Virus record (IMG/VR): IMGVR_UViG_3300031519_004326
Coordinates: 1-64,000 of that record
DNA length: 64,000 nt
Reading direction: 5' to 3' (one strand)
Origin: a virus
Lineage: Duplodnaviria; Caudoviricetes
The position numbers were made by a program, and so were the translations under genes. Within the stretch, counting starts at the first letter, position 1; each line of letters starts with the position of its first letter. This document shows positions 16,842 through 28,700 of the stretch, in pieces. The notes under the pieces were generated by a model that worked only from the letters and a program-made list of their open reading frames with translations, made no database searches and was not told the origin of the DNA.

Positions 16842-16959
16842 ATATAAACAATGGTACAAGCAACTACGACAGCAAGGCTACAAGTGGCACAACTGTATAG
16901 AATGGGCAATACACAACTCAGGCACACACGAACTAGACGGTTCCTATAGGAAGTTTTAA
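16813..16959 (+). CDS. 48-aa hypothetical protein (TTG start)
   Basis: MTKIRKRVILYKQWYKQLRQQGYKWHNCIEWAIHNSGTHELDGSYRKF*; fills gap between fpr and uvsE. Confidence 0.45.
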   Translation: MTKIRKRVILYKQWYKQLRQQGYKWHNCIEWAIHNSGTHELDGSYRKF

Positions 16960-16960
16960 T

Positions 16961-18097
16961 ATGAATGATTTGAAGTTTACAACTTGCGGCGACTATGTTA
17001 ACGACCAACAAACTATACAACGTATAGGTTTTGCTTGTAAATATATGCACCCAGATCAAACACAGAAGAAAAAGATACTTGAAGAGATTCAGCGGCCGCT
17101 AAATACTCGTAGTACAACAGTACAGTGGCTTAACCGTCAGACTCGCGAAGTTGCAGAGCAACGACTGTGGGATATTATGGTACACAATATACAAGCGTAC
17201 TATAACTTGATTGAATATGTAGGGAGTTTACCTAATGAATTACGAATGGTTCGTCTTGGCAGTGACGTACTTCCTGTATATACTCAGCGTGACTGGGCTT
17301 ATTATTGGCAGCAGGCTGATGTTATTGCGTATGCGGAAACACACTTCGCAAAAGTCGGTGAGCTTGCAAGAACCCTCGATGTCCGACTATCGATGCACCC
17401 AGGCCAATTTACTGTACTTGCGAGCGACAACGCCGACATTGTAGATAGGAGCATAGAAGAATTTGAATATCACACCGATGTCATCCGCTATATGGGTTAC
17501 GGCAGACAGTTCCAAGACTTTAAGTGCAACGTACATATATCAGGCCGCAATGGTCCAGCAGGTATCAAAGCCTCCCTCAAGCGGTTATCGCAAGAAGCGC
17601 GAAACGTTATCACAATCGAGAATGACGAAAACAAATGGGGCATCGCAGACAGCCTTGAACTTGCAGACGACCTCGCACTTGTCCTCGACGTACACCATCA
17701 CTGGTGCAGAGAAGGTGAATACATACTACCCACCGACGATAGATTTAAACGCATAGTTGATAGCTGGCGTGGTGTTCGTCCTGCAATGCATTATAGCTAC
17801 AGCAGAGACACAGCATTACCAGAAGGCTTTGCACACGACAGTATGCTACACTTTCCAGACTTGCTAGAAGCAGGACACAAGAAAGGCAAACTACGGGCGC
17901 ACAGTGATTGGTATCCTAACGCACAAGTAAATGATTGGGCACTGAGCTTCTTGCCTTACACCGATATTATGTGTGAGAGCAAGTGTAAGAACTTAGCAAG
18001 TATAGAACTGTATAAATATTATAAAGGAAACGAATATGAATTACCTAGCGAAAATGTACGGACGCAGCAAGCCGACACCAGAGAGCTCGTCCTCTGA
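16961..18097 (+). CDS. uvsE: UV DNA damage endonuclease (UvsE/UVDE)
   Basis: RIGFACK, RLSMHPGQFTVLAS, TIENDE, LVLDVHHHW, RAHSD. Confidence 0.93.
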   Translation: MNDLKFTTCGDYVNDQQTIQRIGFACKYMHPDQTQKKKILEEIQRPLNTRSTTVQWLNRQTREVAEQRLWDIMVHNIQAYYNLIEYVGSLPNELRMVRLGSDVLPVYTQRDWAYYWQQADVIAYAETHFAKVGELARTLDVRLSMHPGQFTVLASDNADIVDRSIEEFEYHTDVIRYMGYGRQFQDFKCNVHISGRNGPAGIKASLKRLSQEARNVITIENDENKWGIADSLELADDLALVLDVHHHWCREGEYILPTDDRFKRIVDSWRGVRPAMHYSYSRDTALPEGFAHDSMLHFPDLLEAGHKKGKLRAHSDWYPNAQVNDWALSFLPYTDIMCESKCKNLASIELYKYYKGNEYELPSENVRTQQADTRELVL

Positions 18098-18323
18098 TAA
18101 GAATCCAAATCGTGTTAGTGGTGGCTTAAAAGCACAAGGTGGTGATCACTTTACTATGATTGCTGAGAATGGCTTAGAGCAGCAGATACCTACACAACGC
18201 TATGTGCAGAGTTTAGAAGAGCAGTCAAGAAAACAACGAGCTGCTATCACTGTATTAGAGCGTAAGCTGACTCGTGTTGAAGCTGCTCTTGAACAAATGA
18301 AGGGTGTTATTTCGCGCTCTTAA
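18036..18323 (+). CDS. hypothetical protein with C-terminal coiled coil
   Basis: TATAAATA at 18011 and AAGGA RBS upstream. Confidence 0.7.
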   Translation: MNYLAKMYGRSKPTPESSSSDKNPNRVSGGLKAQGGDHFTMIAENGLEQQIPTQRYVQSLEEQSRKQRAAITVLERKLTRVEAALEQMKGVISRS

Positions 18324-18570
18324 CTTTACTTAAAATGTCAGCTTTACTCATACTGGCATTTGCTTTTACACCACGGTGTTTTGCTTCTGCTAATAACTGA
18401 GTTTTAGTTAATTTATCAAAGTCGCAAGCCTTGCTTGAAGACTTTTTACTCTTTGGGGTCTTAGGTGCATATCCTACACCATTTTTCGTAATTGTTTTTT
18501 CAATTACTTTAGCTTCATCCTGTGCTACTTTTACACTAGGTGTAAATAGTTTTGCTATCCATTTAAACAT
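18307..18570 (-). CDS. basic protein with Rho-N/SAP-like helix-extended-helix end
   Basis: FDKLTKTQLLAEAKHRGVKANASMSKADIL; AGGAG RBS; start 18570 preferred. Confidence 0.65.
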   Translation of the reverse strand: MFKWIAKLFTPSVKVAQDEAKVIEKTITKNGVGYAPKTPKSKKSSSKACDFDKLTKTQLLAEAKHRGVKANASMSKADILSKVKSAK

Positions 18571-18627
18571 AATTATTCTCCTGTTGGAATAATTATTTAC
18601 TAAATACATATAACGTAGGAGACAGAT

Positions 18628-18816
18628 ATGGCTAGAAACAACAGTTCAAGTTATTCAGGAAAACTAGTACTTGATAAAATTACAGGTATTCGGTCTGATA
18701 GACTAAAAATTGCTACACCAATACAAGAGTTAGTTAAACCTGATACATCATTCAAAGCGGCACCAATCGCAAGAAAGACTGTTGCTAATGTTACCAGCGA
18801 CGGTCTTAAAAGATAA
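18628..18816 (+). CDS. hypothetical protein
   Basis: AGGAG RBS, TAAATA at 18601. Confidence 0.65.
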   Translation: MARNNSSSYSGKLVLDKITGIRSDRLKIATPIQELVKPDTSFKAAPIARKTVANVTSDGLKR

Positions 18817-18828
18817 CGGAGATATACT

Positions 18829-18993
18829 ATGAAAAATTGGATTAAAGATAGAATAGAAGAACGTACATCTTGGAACGGAGCAGCATTAATTGCTGTTGGC
18901 GTTGTTGTACTAATTGCAGGACCATTTGCTAAACTGGCGGCATATGCAGCTATTGCATACGGTGCTTGGGCAATTTATAGTAAAGAAGACTAA
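18829..18993 (+). CDS. 54-aa two-TM membrane protein (holin-like candidate)
   Basis: MKNWIKDRIEERTSWNGAALIAVGVVVLIAGPFAKLAAYAAIAYGAWAIYSKED*; GGAG RBS. Confidence 0.65.
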   Translation: MKNWIKDRIEERTSWNGAALIAVGVVVLIAGPFAKLAAYAAIAYGAWAIYSKED

Positions 18994-19277
18994 AGTTTAC
19001 CAATAGGCGTAGTACTAGAAGCACTCATATTCCAAACTTGCTTCCTTTCTACGCCTTTCTTTTGAGCAAAAACCTTACTATCACAGTTCTTACATACGTG
19101 AAAGTAGTTATTGCTTAGGCGTTTAGGATCCATACTACCTCTAGCACGTTCAAACTCAGCATCACAATTATCACACCTAAACACACAAATAGTCGATTCG
19201 CGCTTATAGGTATGTTCCTTGCCGGTCTTACTAGGCCGTACGTGTGTCTTCTTTAATGTGTAATCTCTTATGAACAT
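18990..19277 (-). CDS. zinc-finger protein (CxxC...CxxC)
   Basis: CDNC and CKNC; start 19277 lies 5 nt after minus-strand TAAATA. Confidence 0.7.
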   Translation of the reverse strand: MFIRDYTLKKTHVRPSKTGKEHTYKRESTICVFRCDNCDAEFERARGSMDPKRLSNNYFHVCKNCDSKVFAQKKGVERKQVWNMSASSTTPIGKL

Positions 19278-19339
19278 ATAAGTATTTACATAAAGATTAT
19301 AGAATAAAGAAATAAATACATACAACAAAAGGACAATCA

Positions 19340-19720
19340 ATGAGCATTTGTACACTAACTGACACAGCAAAACAGCAAATTACTACAATTTGTAACGAAA
19401 ATGAAGTTTATGCAGTAACGCTAAACTTAAAAGGTGGCGGATGCGCTGGGTTTGAGTACGATTGGTCAACATACAAAACTGCCGATGAGTTACTTGATGA
19501 TGATACAATAATTTACGGCGTTGACGGCGCTACGTTTGTTGTAGGCGCTATGAGTTTAATGTACTTATTTGGAACTGAAATAGATTATGTAAAGTCGATA
19601 ATTGGATCGTCTTTTGAAATTAGAAACCCTAATGCACAATCCGCTTGCGGTTGTGGTGTTAGTGTAAATTTTAACTTGGAAAAAGTTGAAGAGAACGCAA
19701 TGATAACGGAGCTCACATAA
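19340..19720 (+). CDS. iscA: A-type Fe-S carrier (IscA/HesB), copy 1
   Basis: GGGCAGFEY and NPNAQSACGCGVS. Confidence 0.92.
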   Translation: MSICTLTDTAKQQITTICNENEVYAVTLNLKGGGCAGFEYDWSTYKTADELLDDDTIIYGVDGATFVVGAMSLMYLFGTEIDYVKSIIGSSFEIRNPNAQSACGCGVSVNFNLEKVEENAMITELT

Positions 19721-19721
19721 A

Positions 19722-22700
19722 ATGGCTAAGAAAGAAATTAACATCGGTGTTGAAGGAAACGACGGAACAGGCGATAGTATACGCGAGTCGTTTCGTAAAA
19801 CGAATGAAAACTTTAACGAACTTTATGCTGTAATTGGCGAAGGTGGACAAATTGGCCTTACTGATTTAAGTGGAGTAGCAATTGACAGTTTTGAAAACTT
19901 TCCAAGTACAGATTCAGCTCCGGTACTAGCAGGTATTAATAACGATACACAAGGTAGTCAATTAGAATTTTTTAGACTTGTTAGTGATAATTTTGTTGAT
20001 CCGGCAATTGATGATAGTATTGCATTTGATGTGTCAAGAACTGATACTGACGGACGTCCTGTTATTGTTGTTAAATCTGTAAAAAGTTCTGTTTCAAGTG
20101 ATCCTAATCCAACACTAGCAGGTAACTTAAACTTATCTGGCAAAATTGCATACAACACTGCAAGTTCTGCACTATGGAAACAACTAGCTGAAGATGACGG
20201 ATTTACTGAAGATGACGTTCTTATTGATAAAGCATTTGCTGATGCAACTTATCTAAAATCAACAGGTTCGGGAACAGGTTCGCAACTACGAGTACGCACA
20301 GAAGGCGATGTTAACATCGAAGATTATGCATACACTATTGCTAGTTACGATGCTAGTGGTAGGATAGTTATTAACGATAGATACCAAAGCGGCGTTCTTA
20401 TTGTTGGTGACGGACACGGTCTTGATACAGCAGCAAACGGAGCTCCGTTTGCATATTCTACTACCGGCACTAGTGCTGTAGATACTAGTATATCTCCGAG
20501 TAGAACACTTAATGATATTACAGAATTTCCAGAAAGTAAGTTCTTTATAAGAGTTGTCGATAGTACAACACTAAGTTTACACATAACAGAAGCTGATGCA
20601 AAAGCAGGTGCTAATGTACTTAATGCAGCTGGCGGCAGTGGCGTACAGGCATTAACAGATTTTTTCTATCAACCAGACGACTTATCAGGTAAGTTTTTAG
20701 CTAATGAAGCTATTCCAAGACAAAGTGCTGTTCGTAGACAAGGCGATCAAATGGACGGCGCTTTATATCTAAAAGATCATCCAGGTGAACTTGCTGGTGT
20801 AGGCACTCCAAACGGCTTAGAAGATTTACAAGCAGCTACAAAATTTTATGTAGACAACACTAGTTTTGCTTCTAACATTAATATATTTGTAAGTACTTCA
20901 GGTGACGATACACAGGCAAGTACACCGGCAGGAAAAGAAGGTAGATCACTTGCATATGCATATAAGTCAGTTAATGCTGCGGCAAGAAAAGCTGAAGAAA
21001 TTGTTATTGCAAGCAGAGTTGAGCCTGGCCCGTATATGCAGACAATTAAGTACGGTGTAAACGATGCTAGTCTTGTACCTGCAAAAGTTTACAGCGCAGT
21101 GTTCGATGCTGCACTTAAAGCCGACTATGGCGCACAGACTGAAAAGTTTAATCTTCTTATTAATCAAAACTTAGACTTTGTTGTAGCAGAAACTATTGAT
21201 TGGGTAACAGCTCAAATTACAGCAGCGAACGCTGATATAACACTTACTCCAGATGATGACGAATATATTTGGAAAAACTTTGCATACAATGAAGAAACGT
21301 GTGCAAGAGATTTAAGATTAATTATTGGTGCTGTAAGACTTGATACATTGTCAGGATTAACTGCAAACAAGCTATCAAGAAATGCAGGTATTAGATACTA
21401 TAGTAATTCAAGTGGCAGACTAGCAGTAACAGCACAGTTACCGCAAACAGTTGCTACAATTAATAAAGCAAAAGAATTAGTTACTAGTTATGTTTTAACA
21501 AATGATGCTTATCCTAATCCATTAAACTCTGACTTCAGTCAATATTTTGATGTTGGATTGGTTGATGCACCTAGTGCAGCAGTTGACAGATTTGAATCGT
21601 TGGTCGGTAACATTGTTAGTATTATGACAAACGGATTGCCAGCATATGATGCAATTGACTTGAACGAAGGTGCTCCGTATGTTATCAAAATTACCAATGG
21701 CGGTAATGATAGTGTATGGCAAGGTAAAGCATCTAATACAGATTTAATTCCAGGTAAGGTTATTACAGGATCACGTAGTGGTGCAATTGGACGTATTGTA
21801 TCGTATGATAGAGATCAAAACGATGGTACTAATACAGATGTTATAGAACTTATTTTAGAAGAACCAATTGAATTCTTAATAGACAATGCCGGTAGAGATA
21901 TTCAAAACACCGAAGTTGCAAATGCACTTGGTGATGTATTAGAATATGGTAATAGAGTTAGTGAAAAACAAATTGCAATAAAAATTGAGTCAGGTATCTA
22001 TTACGAAGACTATCCAATTAAAGTTTCATCACAAGTATCAATTGTTGGTGACGAAATGAGACGTAGTATTATACGTCCAAAAAATCGTGTATCGCAATCA
22101 AAATGGGCAGACACTTATTTCTATCGTGACAAGTATTTTGATGGATTAACACTACACAATAACACAGTAACATATGAAAACGAAGCAACACTTTCACTTG
22201 CTGGCGGAGTACTAAATGCATATATAGGTGATATATTAACACAAGCAAATAGTTTCTCATATAACGAAGCTAAATGTCGTCGAGATCTTGATTACATCTT
22301 AACACAAGCCGGATTTGATATTACTCTTGGAACAAACTATAATGCAGTAACACAAGGTCTTGCATATCAAAGAGCAAGTGGTGCAGTTGTACAAGCAAGT
22401 CAGCTTTCACAAGAATTAGCAGCAGTTGGATTTGCAGGAAATTTAGTTGCACAACTTACTGAAGTAGCTGATAACTCTACTACATTATCACGTTCATCAG
22501 CATACTTTGCCGAAGTACTTGATATTATTGAAAACGGTACAGTAGACACTGAAAATTCTGCAAATAGTTTAATATTCCCAGATGATGCAAGTTTTGATAG
22601 CAACTTAGTTGCTGCAAGAGATAAGCTACAAGCAAACAGAGCATTCTTAAAAGCAGAAGTAATTGCTCACATAACAAATAATACTAGTCCTCCAGCAGGT

Positions 22701-25700
22701 TGGGATACTAGTTTACTTAATTTACACGTTGGCTTTTGGACAGATGCATTAACATATGATGTTTTATACGGTGGTAATGACGCCAGTACAACACAAGCAA
22801 GATTGTACTTCACAGGTGGTGCACCAACAGGCGGAACAATAAATCTTAGTGCTGCACAACAAACTGTAGTTGTCGGAGCTGTTAATCACTTACAAAGCAT
22901 TATTAGTAATATAGTTACTGGTGTTGCAATTACTAAGGCAACAGGAAACTCAGCAAGTCAAATTACATCAGGCTCAAATGCATCAGCATCACAGGGTTCT
23001 ACTATAAATGCTAATCTTGCAATTATAAAAACTGCTGTATCAGGACAAAGTGATAGTACTTTAGGTACACCTACACTACCAAGTGTAACCTTTGCAGCAC
23101 AATCTCTAAGAGATGCCAAAGGTGATATCGAAGCAAATCTACTATCAGGTGATGCTGCGGTTAATATTGTCGACAGAACAATAGAATTTATTGATAGCAA
23201 CTCTGGTATTAGAGCAACAGTATTAGAAAATGTTACAAATGCAACGTCAGTTGCTATTAGATACAGCGATGGATACAATCCAGCAGGTGCTGATGTTAGT
23301 GCAAGTTCGCAGTTTAACTTCAACGACGATGTTGTATTAAATGGCGTTACGCAAACATCATTAAAAGTAACAAGTCAAGATACGACTAGAACAATTGATT
23401 TTGATATGGGCTGGCATTATGCTTCAGACTCTACAAAACCTATTAACACTTCTTCAGCAACTAGTATTAATAACATAGGTCTTAGAGATCAAGCTGCTGA
23501 ATTAATGCGTCAAAATAAAATTAATATTCAAGACGAAGTATATTCTTGGATGGACGAACAAGCCACAGCAGCTCAAGCAACTGGATTTGGCACGTGGGCT
23601 CAGGTTACTTTAGAATTAGCTGGTACTGTTGCTGTTGTCAAAGGCGAAACAATAACACAAACAACTACAGGAGCGAGTGGTGTTGTTAAAGAAGCACCAA
23701 TTAATGCTGGTGGTCAAACAACTGTTATACTAGTATCACCGTCATCAGCCTTTAGTCTTGCTAATGCAATGACAGGGTCTGTAAGTGGTACATTAGGAGT
23801 TGGTAGTGTTCCGGTTTCTGCAACAGTTGGTAAATTTACCTTTACTACTAAGTGTTATAGAGACATTGGTTACATTGTAGATGCTCTTGCAAATGACTTA
23901 CTTAAAGGACGTAATGAAGATTCAATGGAAGTACAGGGATTGTACTACGAAGGTGCTGTTGAAACTGGACAAGAAGAAATTACAACACAAGCAATTAGTC
24001 ATATTAAATCTATTGCTGAATCACTATTAAATATTGCTGCGCCGCAAGCACCAGCAGGATCTACACTGACTTGGAAGCTAGGCTATCCGGCGGCAGAAGC
24101 AGGAGCAAGTGGTGTTGTAACTAACTTAATTGATACTATTGTATATGCATTTAATCCTGAATACAACGCTCCTAAAAATAACAGAGAAATGGATGTGTTC
24201 TTAATGAATGATGCTACAATTATACGTAATTGTACAGTTCAAGGACACGGCGGATTTATGACAGTACTTGATCCGAATGGACAAATTCTTACTAAATCAC
24301 CGTACATTCAAACTGGTTCAAGTTTTGCACAATCAGCTAACAAGCAAGCATTTAGAGGTGGTATGTTTGTTGACGGATTTAACGGCAATATGCCACTCGA
24401 AATTGTTGAAGTAAAGAACGGTGATCCGTTTAGATTGTATGCAAGAAGTAAAAGATCGCAAGTACAAGTTAATGGCGTCGGAGTAGGACACGGATTATTT
24501 ACAAGACGTCCGGAATTACCAGCACCGTTTTATGTTAACGGCGTTAGATATCAAGTTAATGCTATTAGTGCTTACAACAGTACACTAGGAACTTGTGAAC
24601 TTATCCTAGATAAAAACTCAGGAACAAAAGACGGTAACGAAAATGGTGAAGGTTGGTTAGGACCAGTAACTAATTATACACTAGTAGGTGGTGTTAGAAC
24701 TCCAGTATATGGCCCAGCAACAAATTATCCAACAATACTACAAACTGCTGGTAACAGATCGCAGCTAGGAAATGACTTTACACAAATTAACGACCTAGGC
24801 TATGGTTTACTTGTTACTAACACAGGTTTATCAGAGATGGTTGGTATGTTCACATACTACTGTCACGCTGCATATTATGCAAACAATGGTTCTGAAATTA
24901 GATCCGTAGGTGGTTCAAATGCTTATGGTAACTTTGGACTTGTTGCAGCAGGCAGTGATCCTAACGAAGTTGCACAAACTGGTACACTAGCATACAATAC
25001 TGCACAAACAGCAAAGGTATACAGAAATGACGGCGGGCAGTTTTATGCAGAAGCAGAACAAAATTATGTATATGTTTACGATACAGACTTTACACCATTA
25101 CCTGAAGGTGAAATTGATATCACCTTTACTAATAGAAAAGCATTAATATCGTTTACTGGTACGAACACTGTTAATCTTACAGGACACGGTTATAAAACTG
25201 GTCAAAAGATTACTATTTCAGACACTGCTGGTGTTACTGGGTTAAATGACGATCACTATATTACAGCAGTTGATGCAAACTCCTTTACATTGTTCAGTGA
25301 TGCTGCACTAAGTTCAGCAAGAAGTTTCACAGGAAGCCTTTCAACACTTGGTACTGCGTACCCAGCAGACGAAGAAGGCACTGATATAAGAAAATTTGAA
25401 GTTGTAAATGTTATTCCAGCAGTTATTGAAGATGGTATTCCGGCTGTTAATCAACAAGAATTTACTCTATCAAGTGGAATTACTGCATACTATGGAGATA
25501 CTGTAACTCAACAAACTTCCGGAGCAGTTGGTACAGTTGTTAGACCACAACGTACAGCAGATGTTGATGGAAATGTTGTTGGCGGTACAACATTGTTTGT
25601 TACACAGCCAGACGGCGCAACAGCATTTAATACTACTAATGCAATTAAAGTTACAGATGTGTACGAAGGTACTGACTCTACAGAATTTACAGATGCTGTA

Positions 25701-28700
25701 ACTATATCTACAATTGATAGTACAGCTGATACTAGTGGCTTGCCTCTAAAAGGCGGCAATGGTGCTGTTTGGAAACTTACATTCTCAAACCAAACTACTG
25801 ATAATACTAGTGCAACAGGCGGATTACTTTATAAACTATACGGTGGTGAACGTGTTGTAGTTAGACAACGTGCTAAACTAACACTTGAAAATATTGAGTC
25901 TGTACCAATTCGTCCATCAACTGCGGTTGTGTTTGCTGAATCTTCAAAAGTTTATAGATCATTAAACTTTGACAGAGCAACTATTAGTAACTGGAACAGT
26001 ACAGCAGATGCAGAAATGCCAGCAGGATTTAATACACTAACGTTTGATAACAATTATCAATATATCCTTAGTACAGTAAGTTATGACAGATACTCTGCTA
26101 ATGTACTATTAGAACTAGGTGCTGCTGTTAGTGTTACTAAGGGTGACATTATTACCCAAGGTAGTGCAAGCGGCGTTGCTACAGAAACTGTTGTAGGAAC
26201 TACTACAATATATGTAGGTGGTTGGAACGGAACATCATATACAGCAGTATCGGGTGGTGACATAAGCATTGCTGGAGTTGCAGCAGCTGGATCACAACCA
26301 AGTGCAGTAACAGAATTTAGTGCATCTAGCACGTTTGGTAGCACAGCAGGTGATACACTTATTGCAATAACATCTCCAATTACTGATCCAGACGGTTTAA
26401 ACAGATTAAAAAATGCTGATATGATCTTTGGTTGGAAAGACAGAGTACACGTAATAAAAGCATATCACGATGGTGCAGGAACTGCTACAGGAGCGCCAGC
26501 AGGTAGTTCACTAGTAACAGGATTTGCATATTTAGAAATTGACTCAACTCCGTTAGTAAATAAAAATACACAATCAAGTCCAACACCTCCAGGAACAGGT
26601 ATTGCTCGTCCTCTACGCTTAGGTGGTGAGATTGGTCAAGTAGTATTAAGTATTGGTACACAGAGTGGTGAGTCTGCAGAAATTACTGTTAATATTTCAC
26701 TTAACAGAGCAACAGGACACGACTTTAGTAACATTGGTACTGGTGGATTTAACACAAGTAACTATCCAAACATTATCTTTGGACAGCCTGCAGAATCAAA
26801 AGCCGAAGCATACACCAACGAAGACATTGCTGAAAAATCTCAAGTTTGGGAAAAAGGCAAAGGGCGTGTGTTTGTTATGTCAACAGACGAAGACGGATTC
26901 TTTAGAGTTGGTAAGTTCTTTGAAGTTGACCAAGGTACTGGTACAGTTAAGTTTGCAGCGCAAATTAATATCTCAGGACTAGACGGACTTGGATTTAGAG
27001 ATGGTGAAACAATTAATAAATTCACTGGCGATAGCGGTATGTCACCAATTGATAATAGTACTGTTCCAACATCATATGCTGTTGAACAATACCTAGACAG
27101 GCGTTTAGGTTTTGATAGAAATATGAATGCTAAGACAGCAATATTAGGTGACGGTTTCCTACCACAAAAGAATCCACTACTTACACAAACACTTGATGTA
27201 AATGGCAATCCTGATCATACTCTTAATATGGTTAGTGGTCGAGTTGTTCAATTAGGCGATCCAGTTCAAGACTTAGATGCTGCTAACAAACAGTATGTTG
27301 ATAAGCGTGTTTTTGCTAACGATGAAATTCAAGAACTTAGAGATATCGAACTTAACAATACTAGCTTTGAAAACGAGTATGGTAAAAACGATATGATAGT
27401 TCTTACTGGTAACAAGCGTGTTTATGTTAAACAAACAACTGGTAACCCAGATGATTGGAGAGTTGGTAATTTAGTTACAGGTGTTGCAACAGACACCGCA
27501 GCATATATTGAAGACTTAGAAGCCAAGACACTTGATAATGGGGAAGAAATTTGGATACTATCTTACAAACCATTACAAATTACAAGTGTAACAACTAGTG
27601 GTAATAACGGCAATCTTGATGCACAAAGAGGCTATAAACTTGTACAGTTGAATAGTGGTGCAACTGGTGAGATATTATGGTCACAGGGCCAAAGTAGTAC
27701 CAACGAATCAAGATCCAAAACACAAGGTAACCAGTTTAAATTAATTAATGTTACTGGCACATTTACTACAAATACAGCTGATACACTTTCTGTTTTAAAC
27801 TTAGTAAATGCTGATGCAACTGAGACAGCTAGTATATATCCATTAGCTGTTACAGTTCAAGGGTTGCAAGATTTTGACAACGAGAAAATTGAAGACACTA
27901 ATGGTGCATATGGTGATACTACAGGCGGCTTTGACGGTGCTCCAGTTACTACAACATTAGAATTTGGTAACGCAAGTGAAGCAAATAGTACAGCTGATGA
28001 CGGAGCTCCAGGTACTGCAACAAGAAGTGATATTAACATTGAAGTTGAAAGAGTACGAGCAACACAAAATAATACTACTGGTGACATTACTGATCCAGGA
28101 AGTGTTAAAGTTAATCTACAATTGCAGGATGAGGCAATTGTAAATACTGATGTTAATAACTCAGCAGATATTGCGCAAAGCAAATTGTTAATGAATAACG
28201 CTCCAGTACTTGCAAACTCAGACTCACTAGACGATGGAAGTACATCAGGACAACGTACAAAACAAGCAAATCAAGGTTTAGCAGCATTTGACTCAAGTGC
28301 GTTTGCTGAAGATCAAGTATGGACTTTAATTGGTACTGATGCGCAAGCATTTGTATCAGCATTATCAGTTGATGACATTATTACACAGAACAGTGGTACT
28401 AAAGTTGCATATGTAGATGCGATTATTAACAGTTCTAATCCATATCAAATTAGAGTAAGAACTGCAAGTAGTTTTGTAATTGGTAACGCAGGTGTAAATA
28501 GACTTACAAGAATTACTGTAAACGAAGGCGATTATACTAAAAATGCAGCAGCACAGAGCTTAACAACAGTTAGTGCAGTTTTAAATACTGGCTTTATTAA
28601 TATTAAAGACAGAGGTATTACTTTTGATAAGATACAAGATTTACCAGAAAAAACTGTAATTGGTCGTGCAGACATTGACTTTGATGGCAATCAAGAAGGT

